From Octopus vulgaris (Eukaryota): a DNA stretch of 64,000 bases. The DNA lies in NCBI GenBank assembly GCA_951406725.2, contig OX597819.1:96968001-97032000 (forward strand), given 5' to 3'. The notes under the pieces are model-generated. The model was not told the origin of the DNA, ran no database searches, and saw only the letters and a program-made list of their open reading frames with translations. This document shows, piece by piece, positions 63,062 to 64,000 of the stretch. Every line of letters begins with the position of its first letter. The first letter of the stretch is position 1. The position numbers and the translations under genes were made by a program.

Positions 63062-64000
63062 CCTTTCTATATAGGCATAACACCTGTAATTTTTAAAGAA
63101 AGGGTCAAGGTGATTACACTGGCTCCAGTGCTTGAATGGTACTTATTTTATCAACACTGAAGGAAGAAAGGCAAATTCAACCTCAGTGGAATTTGAACTC
63201 AGAATGTAAAGATGGACAAAATGCTCAGATGCATTTTGTCTGGCTTGCTAGCCATTCTGCCAGTTCGCTGCCTTAATAATGATGATGACGATGATGGTGG
63301 TGGTGGTGATGATGATGATCCTTTCTTCTATAAGCACAAGGCCTGAAATTTTAAAGAAAGGGAGCTAGTTGATTACATCAACCCCCCAGTGTCAACTGGT
63401 ACTTATTTTAATGACCCTGAAAGGATGAAAGGCAAAGTTGACCTCAACAAAATTTGAGCTCAGAATGTAAAGATAGATGAAGTACCACTAAGCATTTTGC
63501 AGGCATGCTAACATTCTAGCCTGCTGGCTGTGGGTAGCTGACACTTTCCATCATACCCAGCAAAATAAAGCTGAGAGTTTTCATGATATTAGAATAATGA
63601 TAATAAAGGTTTCAAATTTTGGCACAAGGCCAGCAATTTCAGGGAGGAGTAAGTTGATTACATCAACCCCAGTGCTCAACTGATACTTATTTTATCAACT
63701 CCATAAGGATGAAAGGCAAAGTTGACCGTAGCAGAACTTTATCCAGCATGCTAACAATTTTGCCAGTCCACCACTTTAATAATAACATTTCTTACTACTA
63801 CAGGCACGTGGCCTGAAATTTTGGTGGATTGGGCTACATTATTCTCAGTATTCAGCTAGTGCTTATTTTATTGACCTCCAAAAGTCTTTTCTAGTCTAGG
63901 CACAAGGCCCAAAATTTTGGGGGAGGGGGCCAGTCGATTAGATCCCCCCTCCCCCCAGTATGCAACTGGTACTTAATTTATCGACCCTGAAAGGATGAAA
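63062..64000 (-). mobile_element. Head-to-tail cluster of five SINE family D copies
   Basis: GGCA(C/T)AAGGCC...GGTACTTATTTTATCGACCC recurs at ~63070, 63330, 63620, 63800 and 63900. Confidence 0.88.

Noticed and set aside
58257-64000. Upstream Pka-R1 exon (SDIFDAMF...IQQ)
   Set aside because: Not found by manual scan; presumably beyond the window end

Overview
This is AT-rich, microsatellite-dense animal genomic DNA; the repeat families suggest octopus or another coleoid cephalopod (inference). The only host gene is the 3' part of a cAMP-dependent protein kinase type I regulatory subunit (Pka-R1/PRKAR1) on the minus strand. It has seven GT-AG coding exons (58256-58210, 40664-40566, 27147-27088, 24737-24677, 22376-22255, 20083-20002, 19198-19026; 644 nt) encoding most of cAMP-binding domain A and all of domain B, followed by a probable long 3' UTR; the upstream exons lie beyond the window. 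The rest is mobile DNA: at least three tRNA-derived SINE families, RTE LINE relics and their (GAT)n-ended 3' tails, an R4/Dong-type endonuclease relic, hAT, mariner, piggyBac-like and Helitron relics, and several Penelope-like elements (PLEs). The most notable signals are: minimal hammerhead ribozyme motifs linked to the PLEs (best at 50847-50881, palindromic dimer-type stem III), with all intronic copies antisense to the host gene; a Thr-to-Ile change in the phosphate-binding cassette of cAMP site A; a 13.4 kb intron splitting what is one exon in human PRKAR1A; different minisatellites beside most exons; and many inverted repeats able to form dsRNA in the pre-mRNA. Nearly all listed ORFs are microsatellite artefacts. 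Repeat boundaries are approximate (read by eye).
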